Part shown: positions 30,868 through 44,425 of the stretch, in pieces | Layout of the letters: each line of letters opens with the position of its first letter | How positions within the stretch are numbered: position 1 is the stretch's first letter | Source of the DNA: Dictyostelium discoideum | Lineage: Eukaryota | Assembly: GCA_000004695.1 (NCBI GenBank) | Contig: CM000154.2 | Span: forward strand, 768,001-832,000 | Direction of reading: 5' to 3' | DNA length: 64,000 nucleotides | Made by a program: the position numbers and the translations under genes | The notes under the pieces: model-generated | Seen by the model: the letters and a program-made list of their open reading frames with translations, nothing else | Database searches by the model: none | What the model was told of the DNA's origin: nothing

Positions 30868-32058
30868 TTTTTTTTTTTTTTTTTGTTTGTTGTAACTTTT
30901 TTAATTTTTTATAAAATAAAATATAAATATAAATGAATAGGTAAATAAAATTGATTGTTCTGAAATAATTAAATTTTTTTTTTAAAGTTTAATTTATACT
31001 TTTTTTTTTTTATTATTTAATATAAAAATAATTTATTTTTTTATTTTAAAAATCATATTGTGATAATCAAATAAAAACCAATTTCTTGAATATATATAAT
31101 TAAGTTATTATCTGAAAATATGATTTAGACATTATTATTGGAAATACTTATTTTTTTAATTTACCAAAAAAAAAAAAAAAAAAAAAGATATCGACATACT
31201 GGGATGATCGGAAAAAAAAAAAAATAAAAAAAATTTTTTTGGGTTACTGCGAAGAGTTTTATTTTATGGTAATCAAAAATTAAAAAAAAACCATTAACTT
31301 CAGTCTTAAATTAACACCCACACTTAACCTCTAAAAAATTAAAATAATGATATTTTTAAAAATAATTTAAAACTAATTAACAATTTGAAATAAAAAATTT
31401 ATTTATAAAAAAAAGTTTATTATAATATTTATTTCAACAAAAAAAAAAAAAAAAAAAAAATCATTCAAATAATTATTTTTTTTTTTTTTTTTTTTTCTAA
31501 TATTTTAAAATAACAAGGGAAATGTGATATTTTATTTTATTATTTTTAAATTTATTTTATTATTTAAATGAATAATTTTTTTTTATATTATTATTTTCTA
31601 CTCATTTAAAATCACAAGTGTAATATGATATTTTAAAATAGTTTATTTTTTTAATTTAATATATATTTTTTTATTTTTTAATTTTTTTTTTCATTGGTTT
31701 TTTAATTTTTTTTACTAACTTGAAAAAAGAGTTTATACAAAAAAAAAAAAACTAATAAAAAAAAAAAAAGCAAAAAAGGCTATATTTTTAAAATATCTTG
31801 GTAGGATTGATATTGTTTTATTTTTTTTTATTTTTTTTAATTTTTTTTTTTTTTAATTTTTTTTTTATTTTTTTTTTTTTTTGAGTTTTGCTGCTTTTTT
31901 TTTTTTTTAAATTTATATATTTTTTTTTTTTTTTCAGTAAATTTTAAAAATTTTAATTTACTGAAAAAAAAAAAAATAAAAAGGTTAATTTAATATTTGA
32001 TATTGAACAAAAAAAAAAAAAAAAAACAAAAATAAATAAATAAATAAAATAAAGTAAT

Positions 32059-33750
32059 ATGTCATCGTTTATTGGGTGGAAGAAAAACTCCAATTCAGGA
32101 GGAACACCAGGAGCATCACCAACTTCATCATCACCATTAAACTCGACAATAAGTAATGCAAATTCAGTTAGTGGATTAGGACCATTAGGATCTATTAGTA
32201 ATACGTCAAGTTCGTCATTATCATCATCATTTCAACCAATTCAAATTGTAAACTCTAATAATAATTCACCACCATTATCATCATCATCATCATCCACATC
32301 CACATATTCAACACCAAACTCTTCAAATGACACAATTGGTAAATCATCATCATCATCTGTGGCTTCAGCAGCAGCAGCAGGAGCGTCATCCACATCCACA
32401 TATTCATCATCGTCATCTTTAATCGATACATCACAATTTAATAATAACTATGTTGGTAATATTTTTGGTGGACAACCAATTAACCCAAATACTGAATTTG
32501 GTTCCTCAATTTTAAATAAATTTTCAAAATATCTTTTAAATAAAGGTTTTAATACTGAAGGTATATTTAAACCACATCCTGAATTAGATAATGAAATTCA
32601 AAATGTAAAAAAGAATTTAATTAAAGGTATTAGTTTAATTATTATTATGATTATAATAATATAAATATTAATTATTAATTATTAATTATTATTTTTTTTT
32701 TTTTTTTTATTTTTTATTTTATAACAAAGATTTAAGTATAGGAGATATGGAACAAGCAAGTTTATCAACATTAACACAAAATCCATTAGTTATTGGGGAA
32801 ATAATGAAACAATATTTAGCATTATTACCTGAACCTTTATTTTCATATCAATTATATGATAGTTTTTTATTAACTCATTGTATGTATATTTAATTTTAAC
32901 ATATATATATATAAAATATATAATATATAATATATTAATATTGTTCTTTTTATTATTTTATTATTATTATTATTTATTTTTTTTTTTTTTTTTTTTAGCA
33001 ATTTTATCACCAACAGACAGAATTTGGGCATATAGATTTTTATTATTATATTTACCAGTTGGATTTAGAGGTGCAATTAAGAGTGTTTTAGGATTATTAA
33101 GCAGAGTTCATCAATGTAGCGAATCAAGTAAAATGAATTCAGAGAGTTTAGCAAAGATATTTTCACCAGTTTTTCTTAGACCAGCTGAGGATATGTATTA
33201 CATGAAATCCGATCAATCTACATTGGAAGAGATTGTTAAACTTTGGATTGAAGAATTTGATATGATTTCAAAACCACCAACAAATCCAAATCCAAATTCA
33301 AAAGTAACAATATTAGGTACCAATAATACATTATCACAACTTCAACAACAATCAAATCAACATTCATCATTACCAAATATATCTTCATTATCTTCAAATC
33401 TAATTCAACAACAACTACAACAACAACAACAGCAACAACAACAAAGCCATCCAACAATTGGTATGAGTAAAATTACAAGTTCATTATCATCAAGTAGTTT
33501 ACAAGTAAATTTACAAACATCACCAAAATCACCACAATCACCAAAACTATTATTACCAACCATTCCAAAAGATGATCAACAACAAATGACAATTGTTAAG
33601 CAAAAACCAATACTTTCAAAACCAACACCAACTACAACACCAACATTAACACCACAAACAACAAATCCACCACCAGTACCAGCTTCAACTTTAGATAATA
33701 ATAATAGTAATAACAATAATAATAATAATAATAATAATAGTAACAACAAC

Positions 33751-33799
<49 letters not shown>

Positions 33800-34971
33800 T
33801 AACACCAAATGGTAGCCCATTAATAAATAAAAGATTATCAATTGGAGGATTTGCATTATCACCACCAGGTGCATCAACATCATTTTCATCACTTTCAGAA
33901 CAAGAGGTTGAAGATAAAGTTAGAAAAATCAAAGTATCAATTGATACTATGGTTAGTGAACAAGCATTACTTTTAATTAAAAATTTATTAAAGAGTATTG
34001 AAAAAGAATTCAATTATAATCATATCATTAAATTTTCATCAATCATTAGGGATGCTAAAAAACATATGAATGAATCATCAGAGAAACAATTATCACTTAC
34101 CAAAGCTAATATTAGAGAGTTTATTCAAGAATATCCAAAACCAATGTCTTACAATCTATTGGTATCTTCAATACCAAAATTGGATACAACCAACTTTACA
34201 GAACAAGAAAAGAAAGCAAATGATATAAAGAGAGCTTCTCAAGTCGCTGCTGATGAAATTAGTGATTATATCTATTATTTTAAATTAAAGATTTCAACAT
34301 TCCAATTAAAGGAACAAGTGATTTCAACTGCTCAAATCTTTAGTAAATTAAAATCAATTTTAGAATCACCTCCACCATCTTTACCAACTGGTAGTTCTTG
34401 GAGTGATTTTGAAAATAATAGTAGCAATAATAATATTAATATAAATAATAATATAAATAATAGTAGTAGTAATAATAATAATAATAATAGTTCACCAAAT
34501 TCTTCACCATTAATGGGTAGATTAAAAACTAGTAATGGTCTTAATAGTAGTAGTAATAGTAATGTAACACCACCAACCGAAAATCAAATATCCGCAGATA
34601 AAGCAACCATTAGAATCATTGAAGTTTGTTCTCAAGAAATTAAAAGTAGATTTGGTTCAATGAGATCCAATCTAGAGAGAGTCGATATAAATGGTGCTTT
34701 TGAAATTGGTAAACATAGTAGAAATGTTAAAGCTGTCCTAAATGATATCTATGTACAATGTAAATTAATTCCTCCACCCGATATTAAAGCATTACCCCCT
34801 GGTGAAGATCAATTAACTACCCTTAGAAAAGCATTGCCCCCTCTTTTCGATAGATTTGTCACTCAAATCGATGAATTAACTCAACACGTTTTTAATAATA
34901 AAGCATCACCTGAAGAAATTACAATCATTGTCGATAAGTTATTATTTATAAATAGATCTTTAAGTATGTAA
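32059..34971 (+). CDS. RhoGAP-domain protein (~896 aa). Exons 32059..32626, 32730..32879 and 32999..34971.
   Basis: The spliced product reads ...GFNTEGIFKPHPELDNEIQNVKKNLIKG|DLSIGDMEQASLSTLTQNPLVIGEIMKQYLALLPEPLFSYQLYDSFLLTH|SILSPTDRIWAYRFLLLYLPVGFRGAIKSVLGLLSRVHQCSESSKMNSESLAKIFSPVFLRP. These are the RhoGAP blocks, with the arginine-finger position occupied by Lys. N- and C-terminal regions are S/N/Q-rich. Confidence 0.85.
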
Positions 34972-35208
34972 TTGTAATTTAAGTTTTTTTTTTTTTTTTT
35001 TTCTTTTTTGTTTAAAAAATTTAAAATAAAAAAAATAATAAAAATAGAAATAGTAATAACAAAAACAAATACAATATGTAATAAAAATTTATAAAAAATT
35101 AAAAAAAAAAAAAAACATTATTTATTTATTTATTTATTTATTTTTTTATTTTTTTATTTTTTTATTTATTTTTTTATTTATTTAATTAATCAATCATTTA
35201 AATTTTTT

Positions 35209-35213
<5 letters not shown>

Positions 35214-35293
<80 letters not shown>

Positions 35294-35294
35294 T
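35214..35294 (+). repeat. (TTTA)n about 19 units. Similar arrays are at 15706..15760 and 21074..21166.
   Basis: Direct reading. Confidence 0.95.
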
Positions 35295-35719
35295 CTTTTG
35301 AATAATGGATGAAAACTCACGTAATCTTCTCATGTAATGTTAATGGTTGTGCAGTTTAATAACTATCAATTGGGAATGGATGTAATTTGGAAACTTTATC
35401 TTAACTTTTTTTCAATTATTTTGTGTCCAAATTTGGAAAAAAAAAAGTTTCAATTTTTTTTATTTTTTTTTTTTATTTCATAGCAATATATTGTTGAGTA
35501 ATAGAATTTTAAATACCCTATTTAATTCCCCTTTTTCTTATTTTTAAATAATATTAAATTTATTCTCGCAAAATAAAATAAATCCAACATAGACTCGAAT
35601 TAATATTTTCAATAATAATCAAATCTAAAGAAACTAAATTAAAAAAAAAGGTAGATTAACAAATTTTTATTAAATTCTTAAATCCAGACTTTTTTTTTTT
35701 TTTTTTTTTTTTTCACTCT

Positions 35720-36967
35720 CTATTTATAAATTAATAACAAACCACCTCTTTTGTCTGTTGAGATATCTTTAAAACTGAAAGAATTTCCAGATAAATAATC
35801 TTTGATTTTATTTGGTAAACGTGCAGAAGGAGTTAAAGAATGATGACCAGTACCAACGATAACGGTTAAAGGTAAACGATCCAAGTGATCTTCTAAAATC
35901 TCTAAAGCCTCAGAGACATGAAGACCATGAAAATCCAAAACGTTATTATTGACTGGATCATAATCTTTATTTCTAGTGTTGAAAATGATATCTCTTGCTT
36001 TTCTATTGTATTCCTTCATTAGTGCATCATGTTGTTGAGCCTCCAATGCATATTCTCTAGAGGTAACTGCTGAACCAAATGCTCTAGCGGCTTGATTAAA
36101 TAATCTATTTCTTTCTCTTGCATGTAAAATTGCGCTCTCTCTATGCTGTTTATATAATAATGACACTTCAACACCAGTTTCAACCCATTCTTTTTTATAA
36201 GAACCAATACCAAAAGATGGACAATTTTTAGATGAACTTGATGATGATGACTGATCATTTGTTGGTTGTATAGCAGCTGGTTTTTTAGGTTCACCATATT
36301 TTTTAACTAAACAATTATAACAATCTTCATATATTTGATTATTATAAATAAATTCTCTATTTACATCATTCTCTAAAACATGAGAAAATAGTGTTTTCAA
36401 ATTTTCAAGTTGTACAAAAGAAGAAACACCAATTTGATAGGTTGTTCTTTTAATTTTTGGTTTTTGTTTTAATGTTGGTAAAGATGATAAACTTGGGAAA
36501 TCTTCATTACCATCATCATCACCACCACCACTACCACCACTATTGTTTTTTTTAATATTTAATTCTTCAACTACAACTATAGAGTGTGTATTTTGTGTTG
36601 GTTTTGATGTTGTTGAAGTAGTAGTATTTGTTGCTGTTGTTGTTTTTGTTGTTGTTGTTGTCGTCGTTGTTGTTGTTGATGTTGCTGCTATTGCTGTTGT
36701 TGTTGTATAATTATTTTTTGTTGTGGAATTTTGTTGTGATTGCTGCGGGGGTTGTTTATTTTTTTTTCTTTTTCCCGGTTGTTTTTTAAGTTGAACTGGA
36801 GGTGGTTTACTTATTGATCCAAGCTCTGGAAAATCTTCTTTCTCTTTACTATTATTAAAAGTATTATTATCGTTATTATTATTATTGGTTATATTATTCT
36901 TATTTTTATTATTATTATTATTATTATTATTTTTGTTACTACCATTTTTATGTTGACCATTAATTGA

Positions 36968-37030
<63 letters not shown>

Positions 37031-37540
37031 GTTATTATTATTATTATTTTTAGAATTTAATTCATCTAATAAATTTAAAGTATCATCAAATTGATGAGAA
37101 TAATTACAAGTTGGATTAAAACAATTACTAGTTAACCAATGTTTACAAATGATTGTACCTTTTGAATGACGATAAGGGCAATTCTTAACTTGACAACCAT
37201 ATAAAGTATATTTACAAACGTTTGGATGTGGTAATGTATTTACATGTTGATATTTACAATCTTTAACTAAACAAATCCCTTGAAGATCATATACACATAT
37301 ACTATTTTTTGATTCATTATTGTTATTATTATTATTATTATTATCATCTTCATCCTCTTCATCAAAGTAATCGTCATTATATTCACTCTCTAATTTCTCC
37401 ATAATATAAAATGGATTTAATAAATCATAATGAAACTTTTGAAGTAGTAAATGAATAGTCTCCTCTTTTACATTTGGAAACATCTCTTTTATTATATTAA
37501 GTGGTTGTTGTTGTTGTTGTTCATTTGTTGTTTGAACCAT
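35720..37540 (-). CDS. CUE-domain, 3xCCCH zinc-finger, DUF1771 and Smr-domain protein (Cue2/N4BP2-like).
   Basis: N-terminal EMFPNVKEETIHLLLQKFHYDLLNPFYIM is CUE-like. Three C-x-C-x-H type fingers follow: CVYDLQGICLVKDCKYQH, CKYTLYGCQVKNCPYRH and CKHWLTSNCFNPTCNYSH. C-terminal LDFHGLHVSEALEILEDHL...IVGTGHHS is the Smr nuclease domain signature. Single exon. Confidence 0.85.
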
Positions 37541-38163
37541 CTTTTATTTTATTTCAACAAAAAAAAAAAAAAAATGATGAAAATATTATAAAAATGGATA
37601 ATTTACTATTATCTCTTTATTTGTTTTATTTGTGTTTATATACATAAAGAATGAAAAAAATTATTGAAAGCCAATGAGTGAAAATTTAAAAATAAATTGA
37701 AAAAAAAAAAAAAAAAAATTTAAAAAAAAAAAAAAAAAAATTAAATAATTAATTAAATCACAAATTAAAAAATTGGTTTTTATTACCAGTATAATAAATA
37801 AGCCAACCAACAAAAACACCAACGGCGTGAACATAATCAATTGATGATAAAAAAAAAAAAATAGATGGTAAATTAAAAAAAATAGATGGCAAATTGGAAA
37901 AAAAAAAAATATAAAATTAATCATTTGGGAAGTATCCATCAAAAAAAAAAAAAAAAATAATTAAAATAAATCTAATATTTTTTAAAATGTAAAGGGAAAA
38001 AAAAAAAGAAATATACTATCATATAATCCATATCGCATATTTTACTTTTTTTTTTTTTTTTTATTTTTTATTTTATTTTTTAAAGTTTATTTGTTTAATT
38101 TTTAAATTATTATTGAAAAATTATTTGAATGAATAAGATTCGAAATAATTAAATTGTTATTAC

Positions 38164-38200
<37 letters not shown>

Positions 38201-38214
38201 AATGATATATATTA

Positions 38215-38261
<47 letters not shown>

Positions 38262-38277
38262 AAAAAAAAAAAAAAGA

Positions 38278-40319
38278 TTAATTTGAATTATTTTTTCTTA
38301 ATTCTCTCTTTTGTTTTAAAGCTTTATGATTGATATCAACTGTATCAGGTAAATAAAGACTAACGATAGCCACACAAACATAAATTATGGAGAGAACAAT
38401 AAAGAGTACCCATGGTTGACTATGAGCGGTTGAAGCACTGAAAATGGCACCAGAGATTGCTGGACCAAATGAACGAAGCATTGAATTGATGGATTGGGTT
38501 GAACCTTGAGTTAAACCTTGAATTTCAGGATTTGAACAATTTGCAACCATACCTTGTACAATTGGAAGTCCACTCATGAAACCAACGGAAATGATTGGCA
38601 CCACGATACCAATGGTAACCCAAACCAATGGATAACCTTGAATATTCCAAGCGACATAAGATAATGGGAACAATGCCATACCAATCGATAATAAAATCAT
38701 ACCAACTGTATATTGTCTCTTTAGACCGAATCTTCCTGAAACCTTTTTGAACAATAAAATTTGCCATAAGAAACCAAAGAAACCAAGAATGGTGAAAATG
38801 ATACCCGATCCCATTGAATCGAGTCCCAAACCACGATTCACTGTAGGTGCAGATGAAAACAATACCAATGACAATAATAAACCACCATTGTTGAAACTAT
38901 TTAAACCACCAACTACCATTAACAATAATAAACCACGATCTTTCAAAATAATTTGCATACCTTCTTTGAATGTCTTATCTTTTTTAGGTGGTTCTTTTGG
39001 TGTGGTTGTTGATTTATTATTCTCTTCGATTTGAGTGGTAGTAACTTGGTTGATGGTTTTATATTCTTTACCATTACCATTACCATCATAGGAAAGTGTG
39101 GTATATTTTGGATGAGTTTCAGGATGAGCTACAAGTATAAGTAATGATGATAACAAAACTATACCACCACCTATAATACATGGATAAAGGTATGGATTAC
39201 TAGTACCCTCGAATATCTTTACAATGAAACCACCCATTGAAGAGCTTATGCAACGTGACAAAGCATAAGTTCCACCTAAATAAGCAAAAACCGCTGCTCT
39301 ATTCTTTTTATCTACCATATCTGCCAATGTTGCTTGACATAATGCTGTAGTATTACTAAACAAACCTTCAATCATTCTTAATCCAAGTGCAAACCAAACA
39401 TTTGGCATTAATGCAAATAAAACTGTACCAATACCTGTAACAAATAAACTCATTACTAAAAATGGTTTTCTTCCATATTTATCTGAAAAATGACTAAAAA
39501 TAATAATAATAATAAAAAAATAAAATGAAAAATAATAATAATAATTAATAATTTAATATTGCTCATATAATATGTATGTAGATAGGTAGATATAGATATA
39601 GATATATCTTACCCTAAATAAAAACCAGAACCAAAACGAGCGAATGAATATACACCAACTAAAATACCAGAAACATAACCAACATCAGCTGGTTCAAAAC
39701 CCCATCTCTTTTCGAGGATTTGAGGTAAAAATGGTTGAATCAAAGTGAGTGATAAACCATCAGAAAATACAGCATAGTAAACTAATAAAACTTTAATCCA
39801 AATATGTCTTGGAATTGGTTGAGCTGGTTCATCCATTTCATCTAAAATCTTTGGTTTTGTAATTCCATCACTTGAATCTGAATCTGAATCTTTGGAGGTG
39901 GTGGTTTCTTTGTCTAACATTTTTTGATTTTCGTTACTTGCTCCTTCTTCATGATTATCAATACTGTCTTCAGAAGATTGACCATTACCAATGATAGCAC
40001 CATTGTATTGATGTTGATTTATATCATCCATTTCAATTTCACCAGTGGTAGAAGCAGTTGTTGTTGTGGTGGTGGCAGTGATATTATTATTATTATTATT
40101 AAAATTATTTTTAGTAATTATTGTTGTTTTATTATTACTTGCACTTAACCTTATATCGGAGAAATCATCTTCAGAGTATGACCTATTATCGAGGTGGTGG
40201 TTATTCGAATTACTATCACTTATATTTTCGTCGATTTGGATGTTTTGATGGTGGTTATTGTTGTCATTATCATTATTATCATCATTCTCGAATGGGATTC
40301 GTTCATCGTTATGTGTCAT
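38278..40319 (-). CDS. Major facilitator superfamily transporter (HIAT1/MFSD-like), ~640 aa. Exons 39613..40319 and 38278..39493.
   Basis: The splice (donor GTAAGA at 39612, acceptor TTTTTAG at 39494-39495, phase 2) produces ...YSFARFGSGFYLG|HFSDKYGRKPFLVMSLFVTGIG..., the MFS G-x3-D-x2-G-R-K loop motif. Ten or more hydrophobic helices follow. The ~190-aa hydrophilic N-terminal extension is N/T/D-rich. Confidence 0.85.
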
Positions 40320-40884
40320 AATGTTTTATTTTGTCGTTGTCGCTGTTGTTATTTGTGTGTGTTTGTAACTTTAAAGTATTTCAATTTGTTAATTTGTTTT
40401 TTGTTTTTTTTTTTTTGAAAAAGTAAACTACTTTGGTTGCATTTGACAAATTTATTTATTCGATTGGGTATTTGTAGTTTTTTATTTACTAAAATGTTTT
40501 TTTAAAGTATCCTAAGAAAAAATAATGTGGTATAAACATGGGAAAAAAAATTTTAAAAAATAAAAATAAAAAAAATAAAAATAAAAAAAAAGCAAAAATA
40601 GGAATAAAAAAAAAATAAAAAAATGAAAAAATGACAACGGAAATATTAATATTTTTTTTTTTTATTTTTTTAATTTTTTTATTTTATTTTTATTTTTATT
40701 TTTTTTTTTTGTTTGCGAATTCATTTAAAAAAAAATAAAATTATAAAAATACAAATGATTTGATTGTTTCTTTTGTCTTTTTTTCTTTTTTTATTTTTTT
40801 TTTTTCTTTTTTTCTTTTTTATTTTTTTTTATTTTTTTATTTTTTTTATTTTTTTTTTTTATTCTTTTTACTAAAGAAATCAAT

Positions 40885-40975
40885 CAGATATAAAAGTGGA
40901 GGTGTGAAGGATGGGGAGAGTGGGGAAAAAGGGGAATGGGTGGAGGAGGGAGAGAGTAAACTAAATTTATATTAA
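40885..40975. promoter_or_regulatory. Purine/G-rich island GTGGAGGTGTGAAGGATGGGGAGAGTGGGGAAAAAGGGGAATGGGTGGAGGAGGGAGAGAG, about 570 bp upstream of the MFS transporter start.
   Basis: Direct reading. It is flanked by poly-T and poly-A tracts. Confidence 0.35.
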
Positions 40976-41412
40976 AAAAAAAAAATAAAAATAAAAAATA
41001 AAATAAAAAAATTTTTTTTTAAAAAAAAAAAAAAAAATAAAGTAATAAATTTTTTTTATATTTATAAATAAATAAATAACTAATATTAACAAATATTTAC
41101 CACTTTTTTTACGATTCCTTCCAGAAGTTTAATTATCCAAAAAAAAAAAAAAAAAAAAAAATATTTTTTCAATTTATTTTGTTTTCCCAGACCTAAAAAA
41201 AAAAAAAAAAAATTAAAAAAAATAAAAAAAATAAAAAAAAAAAAATAAAAAAAAAATAAAATAAAAACCCATCCAAATGGGAAATTTTTTGACCCATGGG
41301 CATTTAATTTCGTGCCAACTGATCACAATTTATGAAATATGATTATTAAATTATTTTAATTATTTTATAAATTTGAATTGATTAAATTATTTTTTTTTAA
41401 TTCTTTTTTATT

Positions 41413-41454
<42 letters not shown>

Positions 41455-41662
41455 AAAATATTTAATAATATTATATATAACATATATTTGCACCATTTTC
41501 GCACCATTTCTTTTTCTTTTTTTTTTTTTTTTTTTAAAAAGCACAAAATACCAAAAAAAAATTTTTTTTATTTTATTTTTATTTTTATTTTTATTTTTTA
41601 TTTTTTATTTTTTATTTTTATTTTTTTTTTTTTTATACATATAAATTTTAAGAATAAAAATT

Positions 41663-44425
41663 TTAATTTATTTTATTCTTTAAAATTTTTAATAATGGTT
41701 TCATTAATTCAATTGTTTTTTTATCAAATCTAATTAATTCATTGTTAATTATTTTATCAACATTTTTTAAATAATAATTATCATTCTGATCAGTGAATAA
41801 TTTTGAATGAATATTTAAATATTGTGATTGATTTTTCAAAATTATTATTTCCAATAATTTTAAATTTAAAGTATGAATACTTTTATAAATGATATAATAT
41901 AAATCTAAACTAAATGTGTCACCTATAACTCTTTTTGATTGTTTTTCAAATATTGATAATTTACCATTATTACTATCATTATTATTTCTATTTCTATTAT
42001 AAATTATTGATGTAGTATAACAACTTGATTTTAAAAATCCAATTTCAATTAAAAATAATAATGATTTTATATTATTATTTTTTTCACTAATAAATATACT
42101 TTTATTTGATGGAATTGAATAAGACTTTAATTTAAAACAATCATAAATAATTCTTTTCTTTAATTGAAATTTATTATTTTTACCAAAACTAAAAATTCTT
42201 TTTTCTAAAATTTTAATAATTGAACCAATGATTGAGAAGAAATGTTCCTTTAATGAAATTTTAAGAATTATTAAAATATCATAATTTGAAAATAGTTTAA
42301 TATTATCTAAATTTCCAGTATCAATTAATTGTTGTAAATCTAATTTAAATATACCTGTGAATTGTAAATTTAAAATTTGAAATCTTGATTTAACATATCC
42401 ATATAAATATTTATATTTATCAAAACTTTTATAATCAATTAAATTGTTATAAATTAGTGAGTTAAATTCATTCATTATTAGTTCAATATAATATTGAAAA
42501 TTAGATGATGAACCAGTTTCATCATTAATTCCACCAACTAAATTTGTTAAAAAAACATTTCTTTGGGTTGGATTATTTGGTAATGCTTTAACTAAATCAT
42601 AAATAAATTGATATTTAGTTTCTGGAAAATCAAAATTATCATTTATTTTAGGTTCAGAAATAAAATCATCAATTCTAAATGAATTTAGAATTTTTTTAAT
42701 TAAATTTGAAGATTGTTCAATTACTTTGTCATCATCATTATGATCATTTCCTTGAGATTTTAAAAATTTTAAAATTGTAAATCGATTTACAGGATTTTCA
42801 AGTGTTGGTACCAATGCTTGAGTTAATAAATAATCAGTAACATTATAAAATCGTTTTTTAAATGAATTTATAATTAATTCTGAAAAAATGATTCTTTTTT
42901 CACAATTTTCTAAATAAGTTTTAACCATTTCTAAATCACCACCAAAGAAATCAATTGTCATTAAATTTGGTTTTACAATCCATCTATTTCTAAAGAATTT
43001 AATTAAAATTTCATTTGAAAGTGTTTCTTTAAAAGAATCTAATAATAAAATTGATTTTGATTCAATGAAAAATATTTCATTTTCTTTAATTGCTAATGTT
43101 GAATCTGTGAATTGTAATGGACAACTCTTTGTAATATTATTATTTTTAATACTATTGTTTTTAAAATTTTCAATTAAAAATCTAGCAATCTTTGGACAAT
43201 TAATTTTAAATGAAACTAAATTTTCACCACCACCACCAGCACCATTATTTAAATTATTTAAAAATTTATTTGATTTTGTTTTAACTACCATTAGAAATAA
43301 TTCAAACATATTAATAACACTAAATAATAAAAAGCAATTAACTTGTGAAAATAATTTAATAAATGTGCTATCTAAAATTTTAATACCATAAATTTCAATT
43401 ATTAAATTTGGTCTATTTGATTCTACTTTACTAGTTTCATTAATATTAAATAAATTTAAAAATAATTTCATTAATATTAAATCATTTGATTCTAAAATTT
43501 TATTAATTAAATTAAAAAATAATGTTGGTTTATTTTTAATTTCTTCTAAAACTTGTTTATTAATTATTGGTAATGATATAATTTCTTTATTTATTCTATT
43601 AATTGAATTAATAAAGAAATCAATAACTAATTCAATTGAATCTAATGGTGGTGGTGATGATGGTGATGATAGTGATGGCGGTAGTAGTTGAATTTCTTCA
43701 ATATTAATAATTGATTTATTTGAATTGAAAAATAATGATGATGAAAAGAAATAATCTAAATTTAAAGATTTATTTGGTATTTTATTTTCAATCTTTTCTA
43801 ACCACATTGTGAATTGAATTTTTGAAATTTTTAAACCATTAAATAATTTCAAAAATGTTTGAAATTCAATTGAGGTACATGGCGTTTTTCTATCCAATAA
43901 AAAGATTTCACAATATACTATGAATGTATCATATTTACCAAATGCGTAATTTTCATCGGTTGGATTCAATTCATAGTTTTTATTTTCAATAAATTGTTGT
44001 TTTAGAAATGATAATATTTCAATATTTGAATTTTTGAATATCAAATTTCGATTTTTTTCAAAAAAGAAACTATTGAATTTAATTGATAAAATTTCATTTT
44101 TAAATAATTGATAATATTTTCTAAATGTGTTTATTGATAAATTGGTCCAATTTAATAATTGAATATAATTATCACCATTGAAATCAATATAATAATTAAA
44201 TGATTTATCATTTTCAATATCATTTGAATCCATATATTTAATAAATAAATCTAATCTTTGATTTAACATAATTTCATTTTTAGTTTTAATAATTGATGTT
44301 ATTGGAAAATCATAGAAATTATAAGTTGTAAATTTATTTTGTTTATTAATTTCTTTAATCTCTTTAAAAATTTTATTATTTATTAATTCATTTCTAAATA
44401 ATGAAAGAAATAAATCATTTGACAT
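41663..44425 (-). CDS. Hypothetical protein, 920 aa, single exon, Leu/Ile/Asn/Phe-rich, no recognisable domain.
   Basis: Long uninterrupted ORF with coding-like amino-acid diversity. No motif recognised by eye. Confidence 0.6.
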   Translation of the reverse strand: MSNDLFLSLFRNELINNKIFKEIKEINKQNKFTTYNFYDFPITSIIKTKNEIMLNQRLDLFIKYMDSNDIENDKSFNYYIDFNGDNYIQLLNWTNLSINTFRKYYQLFKNEILSIKFNSFFFEKNRNLIFKNSNIEILSFLKQQFIENKNYELNPTDENYAFGKYDTFIVYCEIFLLDRKTPCTSIEFQTFLKLFNGLKISKIQFTMWLEKIENKIPNKSLNLDYFFSSSLFFNSNKSIINIEEIQLLPPSLSSPSSPPPLDSIELVIDFFINSINRINKEIISLPIINKQVLEEIKNKPTLFFNLINKILESNDLILMKLFLNLFNINETSKVESNRPNLIIEIYGIKILDSTFIKLFSQVNCFLLFSVINMFELFLMVVKTKSNKFLNNLNNGAGGGGENLVSFKINCPKIARFLIENFKNNSIKNNNITKSCPLQFTDSTLAIKENEIFFIESKSILLLDSFKETLSNEILIKFFRNRWIVKPNLMTIDFFGGDLEMVKTYLENCEKRIIFSELIINSFKKRFYNVTDYLLTQALVPTLENPVNRFTILKFLKSQGNDHNDDDKVIEQSSNLIKKILNSFRIDDFISEPKINDNFDFPETKYQFIYDLVKALPNNPTQRNVFLTNLVGGINDETGSSSNFQYYIELIMNEFNSLIYNNLIDYKSFDKYKYLYGYVKSRFQILNLQFTGIFKLDLQQLIDTGNLDNIKLFSNYDILIILKISLKEHFFSIIGSIIKILEKRIFSFGKNNKFQLKKRIIYDCFKLKSYSIPSNKSIFISEKNNNIKSLLFLIEIGFLKSSCYTTSIIYNRNRNNNDSNNGKLSIFEKQSKRVIGDTFSLDLYYIIYKSIHTLNLKLLEIIILKNQSQYLNIHSKLFTDQNDNYYLKNVDKIINNELIRFDKKTIELMKPLLKILKNKIN

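Noticed and set aside
37661-37942. Minus-strand 93-aa ORF.
   Set aside because: It is mostly poly-F derived from A-runs, with no start context and no homology.
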